From positions 1-54,183 of IMG/VR virus record IMGVR_UViG_3300048906_000028: a DNA stretch of 54,183 nt; one strand, given 5' to 3'. This document shows positions 1-7,197 of the stretch, in pieces (position 1 is the stretch's first letter; each line of letters starts with the position of its first letter). Both the position numbers and the translations under genes were made by a program. This stretch comes from a virus. The notes below the pieces were generated by a model that was given only the letters and a program-made list of their open reading frames with translations, did no database searches and was not told where the DNA came from.

Positions 1-127
1 AGCTGTACGAGGAACTGGGCGAAGTGATCAAGAACCCGTCCGACCCCCTGGAATGGGCAGACGTTTTTATCATGCTGCTGGACCTGTCGAAGATGAACAA
101 CATCGATGTGGTGTCCGCGATCCTGCA
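1..127. repeat. Terminal overlap, copy 1 (identical to 54057..54183); signature of a circular assembly
   Basis: agctgtacgaggaactggg...gtgtccgcgatcctgca occurs at both contig ends, 127 bp. No mismatch was seen by eye. Confidence 0.9.
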
Positions 128-278
128 CAAAATGCAGATCAACCAAGAGCGCGTCTGGACCGAGACTCCCACCGGCACCTACCAGCATGTGGTACCTAGC
201 ACCAGCACGATCCCCGCCCCCTCGGTGGGTTGGTCGGCCGACCCCCTTTCCGCCGCAGTGGCACAGGGAGCAACGTGA
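3..278 (+). CDS. mazZ: MazG-like all-alpha NTP pyrophosphohydrolase, 3' part of a gene that wraps the contig junction (5' part 53927..54183); MazZ candidate
   Basis: The frame of ORF 24..278 is open back to nt 3. Through the 127-bp overlap it is in phase with ATG 53927. The joined product is 135 aa and has LYEELGEV (ExxE) and EWADVFI motifs typical of MazG-type enzymes. Confidence 0.7.
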   Translation: MYEELGEVIKNPSDPLEWADVFIMLLDLSKMNNIDVVSAILHKMQINQERVWTETPTGTYQHVVPSTSTIPAPSVGWSADPLSAAVAQGAT

Positions 279-307
279 AGGCCGCCCCACAACACGGCAT
301 CCGCCGC

Positions 308-466
308 ATGACGCAACCCGAAGAGGTGGCCTACGCCCAAGGGTCCCGGGACGCGGAAGAAGGCCAGCCCTTGGCCACACGCAGCCACGGCTTCAAGACG
401 CATGATGAAATGTCGGCGTACGAGCGTGGCTATTACAACTACGCAGGGGAGGCCGTAAATGGCTGA
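308..466 (+). CDS. Small hypothetical protein (52 aa)
   Basis: ATG 308 lies inside ORF 230..466. The stop overlaps the next gene's start by 8 nt. No recognisable domain. Confidence 0.35.
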   Translation: MTQPEEVAYAQGSRDAEEGQPLATRSHGFKTHDEMSAYERGYYNYAGEAVNG

Positions 467-1007
467 ATTGAGTTTGGAAGAGCGCCTCCGCACGGCGCAT
501 GTACATCGCTGGCAAATCGTGCGGGTGGCCCGCGAGCAGACCTTGGCCGAACATCTGTACCTGGTTCGCGTCATTTCACTCGCTTTCGCCGAGGCGGCCG
601 GTTTCTCGGTGGCCGAAACTTGCGTGGCTGAACAATGGGCGCTGGAACACGACGTTCCGGAAGTTCGAACCGGCGATCTGGCCACCCCTATCAAGGCCGC
701 GATGCGGGAAGCGATTCCCCATGATGACCCGGTGCGCCGCATCGAACTGTCGATTTCGCAGAAATATTGCGACCTCTACACGGAAGTCAAGACCAAGTAC
801 CCACAAGTCCAGTTGTTGGTAAAGCTCGCCGACCTGACGGAGGCCGTCAACTTCCTGAACGTAGAAGGCATGGGCACGCACGCCGACACGGTCAAACGCC
901 GGTTGTGGAAGGCCTTCTTCGACCTGATTTCCACCGCCCCGAAGCGCTTTCCTGATTACACCTGGGCGAAGGTATACGATGTCGCCAAGCGGCAGACCGG
1001 GGCGTGA
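459..1007 (+). CDS. datZ: HD-domain (YfbR-like) phosphohydrolase; DatZ (dATP triphosphohydrolase) candidate
   Basis: 182 aa with an H...HD...D ligand pattern (LAEHLY, EHDVPEVRTGD). It sits next to the MazG-like and PurA-like genes across the circular junction. Confidence 0.7.
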   Translation: MAELSLEERLRTAHVHRWQIVRVAREQTLAEHLYLVRVISLAFAEAAGFSVAETCVAEQWALEHDVPEVRTGDLATPIKAAMREAIPHDDPVRRIELSISQKYCDLYTEVKTKYPQVQLLVKLADLTEAVNFLNVEGMGTHADTVKRRLWKAFFDLISTAPKRFPDYTWAKVYDVAKRQTGA

Positions 1008-1375
1008 TCATGCAGCATTCCTTACCACTCGACGGGGGTTTCCACGCAGGGCCGCTGTTCATCCCTCGCTTGCTCCGGCCGGTGGTAAGGCCTCTCGGGA
1101 AGGCGGGCATGGTACATCGTGCCCAAACTCGCCGTGCCACACCCCCGTGGGCTGACCTGGAAGCCATTGAGAAATTCTACGAAGAGGCCCGCCACAAGAC
1201 CGCCGAAACTGGTGAATTGCATGTGGTGGATCACATCGTGCCGAAGATCGGTAAGATCGTGTGCGGCCTGCATGTGCACTGGAATTTGCGGGTGATCCAC
1301 TGGTTGGAAAACTCTCGCAAAGGGGCATGGGAGTGGCCAGGCATGCCTATGGAACAATTGACCCTCATTAATTAA
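1004..1375 (+). CDS. HNH endonuclease
   Basis: VDHIVP...GLHVHWNLRVIHWLENSRKG fits the H-N-H motif. GTG 1004 overlaps the upstream stop (GTGA). ATG 1010 or 1109 are alternative starts. Confidence 0.7.
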   Translation: MIMQHSLPLDGGFHAGPLFIPRLLRPVVRPLGKAGMVHRAQTRRATPPWADLEAIEKFYEEARHKTAETGELHVVDHIVPKIGKIVCGLHVHWNLRVIHWLENSRKGAWEWPGMPMEQLTLIN

Positions 1376-1384
1376 GGAAGTATC

Positions 1385-1726
1385 GTGCGCAAATCGGATT
1401 TCAAACTGCTTATTAACAGGACTTTCGAGTCAATCAAGGCCCTGACTTCATCGAAGGGTGAAGAGTACGCCAACAACGCGGCGGACGGTAACGCCGACCA
1501 ACACGCCAATTTCAAGCGCCAGGCTGAGCAACTCGGCATGAAGCCGGAGCAAGTACTGTCGGTATATATGTCCAAGCATCTAGATGCGATTTCGTCCTAC
1601 ATCCGCACCGGCCGCGAGTTCTCGGAACCCATCGACGGCCGTATCGACGATGCCATCCTGTACCTGATCTTGCTGAAAGGTCTGGTGACCGATTCCCGCC
1701 GCGCCGCCGAGGTGTCCCCTACCTGA
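1385..1726 (+). CDS. Small all-alpha protein, DUF1599/MazG-like fold (tentative)
   Basis: 113 aa with a GTG start. The pattern KGEEYA...ANF...LG...SKHLDAISSY...DDAILYLILL resembles the nucleotide-modification-associated MazG-like domain. This rests on memory of the family only. Confidence 0.5.
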   Translation: MRKSDFKLLINRTFESIKALTSSKGEEYANNAADGNADQHANFKRQAEQLGMKPEQVLSVYMSKHLDAISSYIRTGREFSEPIDGRIDDAILYLILLKGLVTDSRRAAEVSPT

Positions 1727-1761
1727 TTGTTGCAAAGGCACAACCCCGCACGCGGCAATAC

Positions 1762-1790
1762 TTGCAAAGGTGAAAACCGCGTGTTTTAAT
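1762..1790 (+). promoter_or_regulatory. Class I sigma70-like promoter, TTGCAA-N17-TTTAAT
   Basis: -35 at 1762-1767 and -10 at 1785-1790. The inverted repeat CACGCGG/CCGCGTG (1749-1755 and 1777-1783) brackets the -35. A second TTGCAAAGG box lies at 1730-1738. Confidence 0.6.
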
Positions 1791-1836
1791 AGAGGTTCGG
1801 GCAATCCCGCCCGTTATAGAGAATAGAGGAAATACC

Positions 1837-2103
1837 ATGAAAATCTTCCAAGTCGCAGTAGTTTCCGGCGAGCCAATGGATTTCGACGACGTGATGCATG
1901 CGGCTACCAACCCTAACCCGATGTTCTTTACAGCGGAGCGTGCCCAAAACTACGTAAATGATGATCTCAACGCCTGCACGGACGAAATGGGCGTGGACCG
2001 CGAAGTGTTGGAGTGGTACCACACCGACGAAACCACCTGGCAGGCCCGCTCCGAGCAAACCGGCACTTGGTACGTGATCACGCAATCGACCGTTCAGGAA
2101 TAA
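1837..2103 (+). CDS. Hypothetical protein (88 aa)
   Basis: ORF preceded by the ATAGAGAATAGAGG leader box and followed by a terminator. Confidence 0.7.
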   Translation: MKIFQVAVVSGEPMDFDDVMHAATNPNPMFFTAERAQNYVNDDLNACTDEMGVDREVLEWYHTDETTWQARSEQTGTWYVITQSTVQE

Positions 2104-2110
2104 CCAAACT

Positions 2111-2135
2111 GGCCCGCTTCGGCGGGCCTCTCTTT
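2111..2135 (+). terminator. Intrinsic terminator
   Basis: GGCCCGC-TTCG-GCGGGCC stem-loop followed by TCTCTTT. Confidence 0.7.
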
Positions 2136-2158
2136 AGCCACCTTTAAGGACGTTCACC

Positions 2159-2413
2159 ATGGCAAAGCGCAACATCGAAACCAAGTACTTCATCGGCCGC
2201 ACTGAATCCAAAATCACCCGATCGGTGGACCCCCACCGCGCCGTGGCCAAGTGCGTGCTTAACATGCAACGCAATGAGTACGGCGCGGACTTCGCTGAGG
2301 TCTGGGACCTGGAGACCGGCAAGGTCTACGCCCAGATCAAATTCTTCAAACGGGGTCATATCGACATCATCTACGCCCGCAACCCGCGCCCCGCGCTGCC
2401 CCGCATAGCGTAG
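2159..2413 (+). CDS. Hypothetical protein (84 aa)
   Basis: ORF with an AAGGA ribosome-binding site upstream. No recognisable domain. Confidence 0.65.
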   Translation: MAKRNIETKYFIGRTESKITRSVDPHRAVAKCVLNMQRNEYGADFAEVWDLETGKVYAQIKFFKRGHIDIIYARNPRPALPRIA

Positions 2414-2441
2414 CGCCTTTGCAACGCGCGCACGGGGGTAC

Positions 2442-2470
2442 TTGCAAAGGCGAGTCCCCCGTGTTTTAAT
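2442..2470 (+). promoter_or_regulatory. Class I promoter, TTGCAA-N17-TTTAAT
   Basis: -35 at 2442-2447 and -10 at 2465-2470. Inverted-repeat arms CACGGGGGTACT (2431-2442) and AGTCCCCCGTG (2453-2463). Upstream CCTTTGCAA box at 2416-2424. Confidence 0.6.
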
Positions 2471-2516
2471 AGAGGTTCCGGCGCGCTGCGCCCCCATAGA
2501 GAATAGAGAGAACGCC

Positions 2517-2705
2517 ATGACCAAGACCCAACTCAAGAACAAAGTCGACGCGATTTTCGCCGAGATTGACGTCCACACCGACCTAACCCCCGCGCAGCGC
2601 GCCGCGTACCGCCGCGAGGTGGCCGCCCTCCTGGCCAACGCCCTGGAAGTGGTGCACAACGCCGTCCCGGCCGTCAGCAAAAAATTCCGCAAGACCGCCA
2701 AGTAA
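2517..2705 (+). CDS. Hypothetical protein (62 aa)
   Basis: The internal ATG of ORF 2442..2705 lies just after the ATAGAGAATAGAGAG leader box. Confidence 0.6.
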   Translation: MTKTQLKNKVDAIFAEIDVHTDLTPAQRAAYRREVAALLANALEVVHNAVPAVSKKFRKTAK

Positions 2706-2706
2706 A

Positions 2707-2758
2707 CCATTCTGATGATGGCCAGCGGGGGCTGGCCGAAACGCTCCGGCGTCAATGG
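2707..2758 (+). ncRNA. Hammerhead ribozyme, type I (candidate)
   Basis: CCAUU-CUGAUGA-(U)-GGCCAGC[GGGG]GCUGGCC-GAA-ACGC[UCCG]GCGU-C/AAUGG. All core nucleotides are present. The predicted cut follows C2753 (GUC). Confidence 0.75.
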
Positions 2759-2779
2759 ACCCTAACTTTGGAGAATAGA

Positions 2780-3517
2780 ATGAACAACGCATCCGAGAAA
2801 ATCATCGAGCGCATCCGCCAACTTCTGGCCATGGCCGCCGATGTGTCCTCCCCGCACGAGGCGTCGATTGCCGCAGGCCGCGCCCGCAAGCTGATGGACC
2901 AGCACCAAATCGCGCTGGAGGACATCAAGGACGAATCTACCGGATTCGGTTACGTGAAGGTCGACAAGGCCTACCGCTTCATGCCTAAATGGAAGGACAT
3001 TTTGTGCGTGGCCATCGCCAAGCTGAATGATTGCAAAAGCATCAAAGCGCACGAGTACAAAGTACAGGGCAGTAAGTCCTACGCTTACCGCCTGATGTTC
3101 CAGGGGTTCGAAACTGATGTGGCCCTGGCCGCCCACATGTACAACTACCTGATCGGAACCATTGAGCGGTTGTGCGCCGCCCACATGCGCTCCCTGAACC
3201 TGGGTGCATCGCTTACCAAGGTGTCCGACGCCTACAAGAAGGGCGCGGCCGTGGAAATGTGCGCCAGACTGCGCGCCATTCTGGCCGCCAGGACTGCAGA
3301 GGTCAAGACCTCAACCGGTTCATCGTTGGTTGTATTCAAAATGGCGCAGGTTGAGGCCGAATTCGGCGCGGCCAAATATACCAACACCAAGCTGGTTACG
3401 CGCAAGGACGCACTGACCCTCCAGGCACAGGCCAAGGGCCGCGAGGACGCCAAGAAAATCGGCCTCGATACCCAAATCGGTGATCCTGACCGCGACCCGG
3501 CCGCCCAGGTGGCCTAA
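2780..3517 (+). CDS. DUF2786-like protein (245 aa)
   Basis: The N-terminus KIIERIRQLLAMAADVSSPHEASIAAGRARKLMDQHQI matches the DUF2786 signature from memory. ATG 2780 follows GGAGAATAGA. Confidence 0.65.
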   Translation: MNNASEKIIERIRQLLAMAADVSSPHEASIAAGRARKLMDQHQIALEDIKDESTGFGYVKVDKAYRFMPKWKDILCVAIAKLNDCKSIKAHEYKVQGSKSYAYRLMFQGFETDVALAAHMYNYLIGTIERLCAAHMRSLNLGASLTKVSDAYKKGAAVEMCARLRAILAARTAEVKTSTGSSLVVFKMAQVEAEFGAAKYTNTKLVTRKDALTLQAQAKGREDAKKIGLDTQIGDPDRDPAAQVA

Positions 3518-3539
3518 CCCGTATCAACCCGCGCTCCCC

Positions 3540-3568
3540 TTGCACCGGGGGCGCGGCCGTGTTCTAAT
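3540..3568 (+). promoter_or_regulatory. Class I promoter variant, TTGCAC-N17-TCTAAT
   Basis: Arms CCGCGCTCCCC (3529-3539) and GGGGGCGCGG (3547-3556) form a hairpin. Its 7-nt loop is TTGCACC. CCGTGTTCTAAT follows. Confidence 0.5.
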
Positions 3569-3612
3569 AGCAATATCGCGCTCGGGAGTCGGGTGCGAAC
3601 CCCATAGAGGAT

Positions 3613-3915
3613 ATGATGAAGACCTTAACCTACGCCGCCACCACCTGGGATTCCACCACGGGTGAAGCACACCCGGCCAGTGTGACCATTCTCACGGCCC
3701 CCGGCCCCATCATGATGGAACTGGTGGCCTATACCACCCACGCAGGGCTGTGCATCGAGGCCGATGAAAACCCATCTGATTGGCAGTTGATCGCCGTGCA
3801 CGGTGACTCGCAGGCCTTCGTGTCGGTGTGGAGGCATGTCGACAGCCAGACCCTGTCGACCGAGAATTGCGTACTGATCCCATCCGCCGAGGACATCGGG
3901 TTCAAGAAGTCCTAA
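3613..3915 (+). CDS. Hypothetical protein (100 aa)
   Basis: ORF after the CCCATAGAGGATATG leader, with tandem ATGs at 3613 and 3616. Confidence 0.65.
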   Translation: MMKTLTYAATTWDSTTGEAHPASVTILTAPGPIMMELVAYTTHAGLCIEADENPSDWQLIAVHGDSQAFVSVWRHVDSQTLSTENCVLIPSAEDIGFKKS

Positions 3916-3917
3916 CC

Positions 3918-4349
3918 ATGCCTACCTACTCGCTCCGCTGCCGCCTGAACGCCTGCCGCCATCGTCGGGTGGCCACCACCCACCCCGATGACTTGACGCG
4001 CCGCGTGCGCTGCCCGTCCTGCAAGGGCTTCCACGGGTGGCGGATCGAGCAACGCCATTACAACCGCCGCCAACTTTGTAACTGCAGCGGCCCCGAAATG
4101 ACCCAGGCGCAGGGCAAGAATTTCCCGCACCGTAGGCACCACCCACTTTGCGACAATAACCCCTGGTCCCATTATAACAAGGCTGTAGTCCTGGGCGTTC
4201 CGCCCGGGTATGCTCTGGGATTGCGCCAGGAGCGCCGAACTGTCGATCGACCCGTACTTATTGAAAGGAGAAAACCCGCCATCCTGGTTTGGCCTACCGA
4301 CATCTTTGGGGGTCGGCGCATGTTGCCCGATGAACCCTGCCCATTTTAA
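3918..4349 (+). CDS. Cys/His-rich (zinc-ribbon-like) hypothetical protein (143 aa)
   Basis: ATG 3918 lies 2 nt after the upstream stop. Motifs CRLNACRH, CPSCKG and CNCSG. The 5' extension to 3828 overlaps the previous gene. Confidence 0.6.
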   Translation: MPTYSLRCRLNACRHRRVATTHPDDLTRRVRCPSCKGFHGWRIEQRHYNRRQLCNCSGPEMTQAQGKNFPHRRHHPLCDNNPWSHYNKAVVLGVPPGYALGLRQERRTVDRPVLIERRKPAILVWPTDIFGGRRMLPDEPCPF

Positions 4350-4351
4350 CT
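4323..4351 (+). promoter_or_regulatory. Possible weak class I promoter, TTGCCC-N16/17-TTTAAC
   Basis: It lies at the 3' end of the upstream gene, directly before the TATAGAGAATAGAGG leader of gene 4373. Confidence 0.3.
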
Positions 4352-4372
4352 TATAGAGAATAGAGGTATATC

Positions 4373-4744
4373 ATGAAGACCAACACTTTTACCGAGGTAC
4401 TGTCCACCATCAACGACGCCGAAGACGCAGCTTCCCGCGCCTCTAGCGCCCTCCAGATGGCCCGTGAAGAAATGGTCGAACGCTTTTCGCCCTGGCAGGT
4501 GGGCGAGACCGCTACCCAAACGATTGGCGGGGTTAAGGTGACCATTAAAGTAACGAATGTCCAGGTGGCCAAGTCCGGCCGTCACGGGCACAAATTCGTG
4601 GCCACTGGCGACCGCATTACCGACGATGGTGTCGAAACCGCTGAACGCATGACCCTGGAAGCGGAAATCAATGAATCCTTGGCCGACCGCGCCGCCCCCG
4701 CCACCCGCAAGGGTACAAAGGGGGCTGCCAGCAAGGCTAAGTAA
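4373..4744 (+). CDS. Hypothetical protein (123 aa)
   Basis: ORF after the leader box. No recognisable domain. Confidence 0.7.
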   Translation: MKTNTFTEVLSTINDAEDAASRASSALQMAREEMVERFSPWQVGETATQTIGGVKVTIKVTNVQVAKSGRHGHKFVATGDRITDDGVETAERMTLEAEINESLADRAAPATRKGTKGAASKAK

Positions 4745-4776
4745 GCCCTCGGGGGCCTTCGGACGCGCTCGCCGCT

Positions 4777-5043
4777 ATGTTGGCCCCTACTGACCCTCAA
4801 GAAAGTCACGGAGATACCCTCCGTGCAGCCGGAGACCCCTTGAAAGCACGTACCCTCAAGCGCCAGCGCGACCGCAACGTCGCCGAAACCGCCCGCCGCA
4901 TGTTCCCGCCCTATCGCGAGTTCCACGAAGTGTCCGGTGAGACCTACTGCGCCAAAATCTCCATGCACCTGCGCGACTCTTTGGCGATGCTGGCTACCAC
5001 CAAATCCCTCGCAGCCCATATCCGAAACCACCTGAAAGCCTGA
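4777..5043 (+). CDS. Doubtful ORF (88 aa). If real, the true start may be TTG near 4840.
   Basis: The 5' half overlaps a degenerate GTACC-box repeat. The 3' half (KRQRDRNVAETARRMFPPYREFHEV...) looks protein-like and ends 1 nt before the next ATG. Confidence 0.3.
   Translation: MLAPTDPQESHGDTLRAAGDPLKARTLKRQRDRNVAETARRMFPPYREFHEVSGETYCAKISMHLRDSLAMLATTKSLAAHIRNHLKA
4798..4836 (+). repeat. Degenerate copy of the GTACC box
   Basis: caagaaagtCACGGAGataccCTCCGTGcagccggagac shares the ...CTCCGTGCAGCCGGAG end with the other copies and has a 7-bp internal inverted repeat. Confidence 0.4.
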
Positions 5044-5044
5044 A

Positions 5045-5743
5045 ATGAAAGCAATCATTTTTGACACCGAAACCACCGGCCGCGAATCGTCGACCGTCAT
5101 CGAAGCCGCCCACATGTATGTGCACCTGGACGGCGGCACCCTGGTCCGCGCCCTTCCCCCCTACCTGCAACGCTTCGACCCGGCCCCGATCCAGATCGAA
5201 TGGGGCGCACTGGCTACGCATCACATCTTGCCGCATGAACTGGAACATATGCCAGCATCGGCTGACTTCCAGATCCCTGACGATGTCAAATTCATTATCG
5301 GCCACAACGTCGATTTCGATTGGACAGTCGCGGGTTCCCCCGATGTGCAGCGCATCTGTACGCTGGCGCTGTCCCGCTGGCTCTGGCCGGACCTGGACGC
5401 GCACAACCAGTCGGCCCTGTACTACTGGATCAAGCAAGATGATCTGGCTGGCGCTCGCGAAGTTCTGCGCAACGCCCACTCCGCCGCCGTCGATATTCAA
5501 ATTTGCGCCGATATCCTTTTGTACGAAATTGCCACGATCCGCCAGCGTGGTTATGTATGTGACACATGGGCGCAGTTGTGGCTGCTGTCCGAAAAGGCCC
5601 GCATCCCGACCGTTATGGGCTTCGGCAAGCACAAAGGCGAGAAGATCGCGGACATCCCGGCCAGTTACAAGTCCTGGATGCTCAAACAAGAAGAAGTGGA
5701 CCCGTACTTGCGAATCGCACTGCAGGGCGGGGTGATGAAATGA
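5045..5743 (+). CDS. DnaQ-like DEDDh 3'-5' exonuclease (ExoX-like)
   Basis: FDTETTG (Exo I), IGHNVDFDW (Exo II) and HSAAVDIQICAD (Exo III, H-x4-D). The C-terminal KHKGEKIADIPASYKSWML resembles the ExoX-like C-terminal motif. Confidence 0.8.
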   Translation: MKAIIFDTETTGRESSTVIEAAHMYVHLDGGTLVRALPPYLQRFDPAPIQIEWGALATHHILPHELEHMPASADFQIPDDVKFIIGHNVDFDWTVAGSPDVQRICTLALSRWLWPDLDAHNQSALYYWIKQDDLAGAREVLRNAHSAAVDIQICADILLYEIATIRQRGYVCDTWAQLWLLSEKARIPTVMGFGKHKGEKIADIPASYKSWMLKQEEVDPYLRIALQGGVMK

Positions 5744-6177
5744 CCAAATTGGAAACGCGCACCAAATCCAAAGTCGCGAACCGCCTGTACGACAGCCCCG
5801 CACGCAACGAGGTCATCGCAGTCCTGCGGGAACACAAACGGATGACCTCGCAAGAAATCGCGGACCTGTTGGGCCGCAAGGCCTGCACGGTGAACCAAAC
5901 GATCATGCGCACCCGCGCCGCGAAGCCGGGCGGCCGGAAATGGTTCCGCATCGCTGCCTGGGGGCGTAACGTCGACTCCAATATGGGCCACATTGCAATG
6001 ATTTGGGAAATTTCGGAGCTTGCCGACAAGCGACGGCCGCCGCCAGCCGGTCCCAAGGTGATCCAGGCCCGGTATTACCAGAAGCGCAAGGCCGTACTCA
6101 ACCTGCGCCACAAGGCCCGATCCGGCCAGCCTATCAATCACTGGCTTGTGGCCCTGGCCCCGGGAGCGCGATTGTGA
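5740..6177 (+). CDS. Winged-helix DNA-binding protein (145 aa)
   Basis: ATG 5740 overlaps the upstream stop (ATGA). VIAVLREHKRMTSQEIADLLGRKACTVNQTIMR looks like a helix-turn-helix. Confidence 0.6.
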   Translation: MTKLETRTKSKVANRLYDSPARNEVIAVLREHKRMTSQEIADLLGRKACTVNQTIMRTRAAKPGGRKWFRIAAWGRNVDSNMGHIAMIWEISELADKRRPPPAGPKVIQARYYQKRKAVLNLRHKARSGQPINHWLVALAPGARL

Positions 6178-6422
6178 ATTTTAATCATATCGCCTACGTG
6201 CATGAACTGTCGACCCGCCTGCGGGAGGTCAACAAGCAATCCAGGCGGGTTTATTTGGTATGTCTATCGGACTCGGCCAAAACGGAGTTCAGTTCTTCCG
6301 CCTCCGATGCTGGCTTGCAGGCGGCGCGCAAGGCCATTAGCGCCCATCTCATGGCCGAGCGTATCCTGATTATCGAACGCCTGGCACAGTACGGCGTAAC
6401 TTTTGACGAGGAGGAAGGGTGA
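6174..6422 (+). CDS. Hypothetical protein (82 aa)
   Basis: GTG 6174 overlaps the upstream stop (GTGA). Confidence 0.5.
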   Translation: MNFNHIAYVHELSTRLREVNKQSRRVYLVCLSDSAKTEFSSSASDAGLQAARKAISAHLMAERILIIERLAQYGVTFDEEEG

Positions 6423-6655
6423 GCAACATTAAAGAGGTGGACTTCTCGCAGAAGCCTGATGTGTCGTTGATAACCACTCTCCGCAATATGCTAGCGCTGG
6501 CTGAACGCGGCCAATTAGTTAAGCTGGTGGCCATTTACCAGGCCAGCGATAAAAACGTTATCGTGCGCAACGCCAGCCTCAACGACAGCCTTGTCATGAG
6601 CAGCCTTTTAAAAGAACAAATTTTACGGGAGTTTTTCGATGGCGACCAAGCCTGA
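6419..6655 (+). CDS. Hypothetical protein (78 aa)
   Basis: GTG 6419 overlaps the upstream stop (GTGA). Confidence 0.55.
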   Translation: MSNIKEVDFSQKPDVSLITTLRNMLALAERGQLVKLVAIYQASDKNVIVRNASLNDSLVMSSLLKEQILREFFDGDQA

Positions 6656-7076
6656 ACAGAAGATGTGGGATTACATATCCGATAAGATGCGCGGCCGGTG
6701 GAATGCGCAGCGCCACGAAGATGAACTATCCAACTCGGTCCCGGATGTATCGTACGGCATACGCGGCCGTGATGGGTGGATCGAGTTGAAGACCATTGAA
6801 GCCTGGCCCAAGCGCGAATCCACCAAGATCAACCTGCCGCACCTCCGGCCGGGACAGGTTAACTGGATCGAAGACCGCGCCAGGAATGGCAACGGCCGTT
6901 GCTGGTTGCTGCTGATGGTGGGCGCAACTCCGGGCGACGCCGAGTGGCTCCTGTTTCCACCCGACCACGTGCGGGCGGTTTACAACCGGGCCTGGAACCG
7001 CGAGCAAATGTTGGGCAATTGCCTCCATTGTCGGTCCAGCGCCAGCCTGGAGCATTTTCTGATGGCCAACCTGTGA
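6639..7076 (+). CDS. PD-(D/E)xK nuclease, VRR-NUC-like (tentative)
   Basis: VPDVSY...GWIELKT fits a D...E-x-K core. 145 aa. Confidence 0.55.
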   Translation: MATKPEQKMWDYISDKMRGRWNAQRHEDELSNSVPDVSYGIRGRDGWIELKTIEAWPKRESTKINLPHLRPGQVNWIEDRARNGNGRCWLLLMVGATPGDAEWLLFPPDHVRAVYNRAWNREQMLGNCLHCRSSASLEHFLMANL

Positions 7077-7121
7077 TTGTTGTGCCTTTGCAACGCCACG
7101 CGCCCGCGACAAAGGTAATTA

Positions 7122-7150
7122 TTGCAAAGGCGGGCGCGGCGTGTTTTAAT
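7122..7150 (+). promoter_or_regulatory. Class I promoter, TTGCAA-N17-TTTAAT
   Basis: -35 at 7122-7127 and -10 at 7145-7150. Arms 7097-7107 and 7130-7143 are complementary. GTGCCTTTGCAAC box at 7082-7094. Confidence 0.6.
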
Positions 7151-7197
7151 ATAGGTTCGGTAGTTCCGAAGAACCCATAGAGAATAGAGAGAATACC

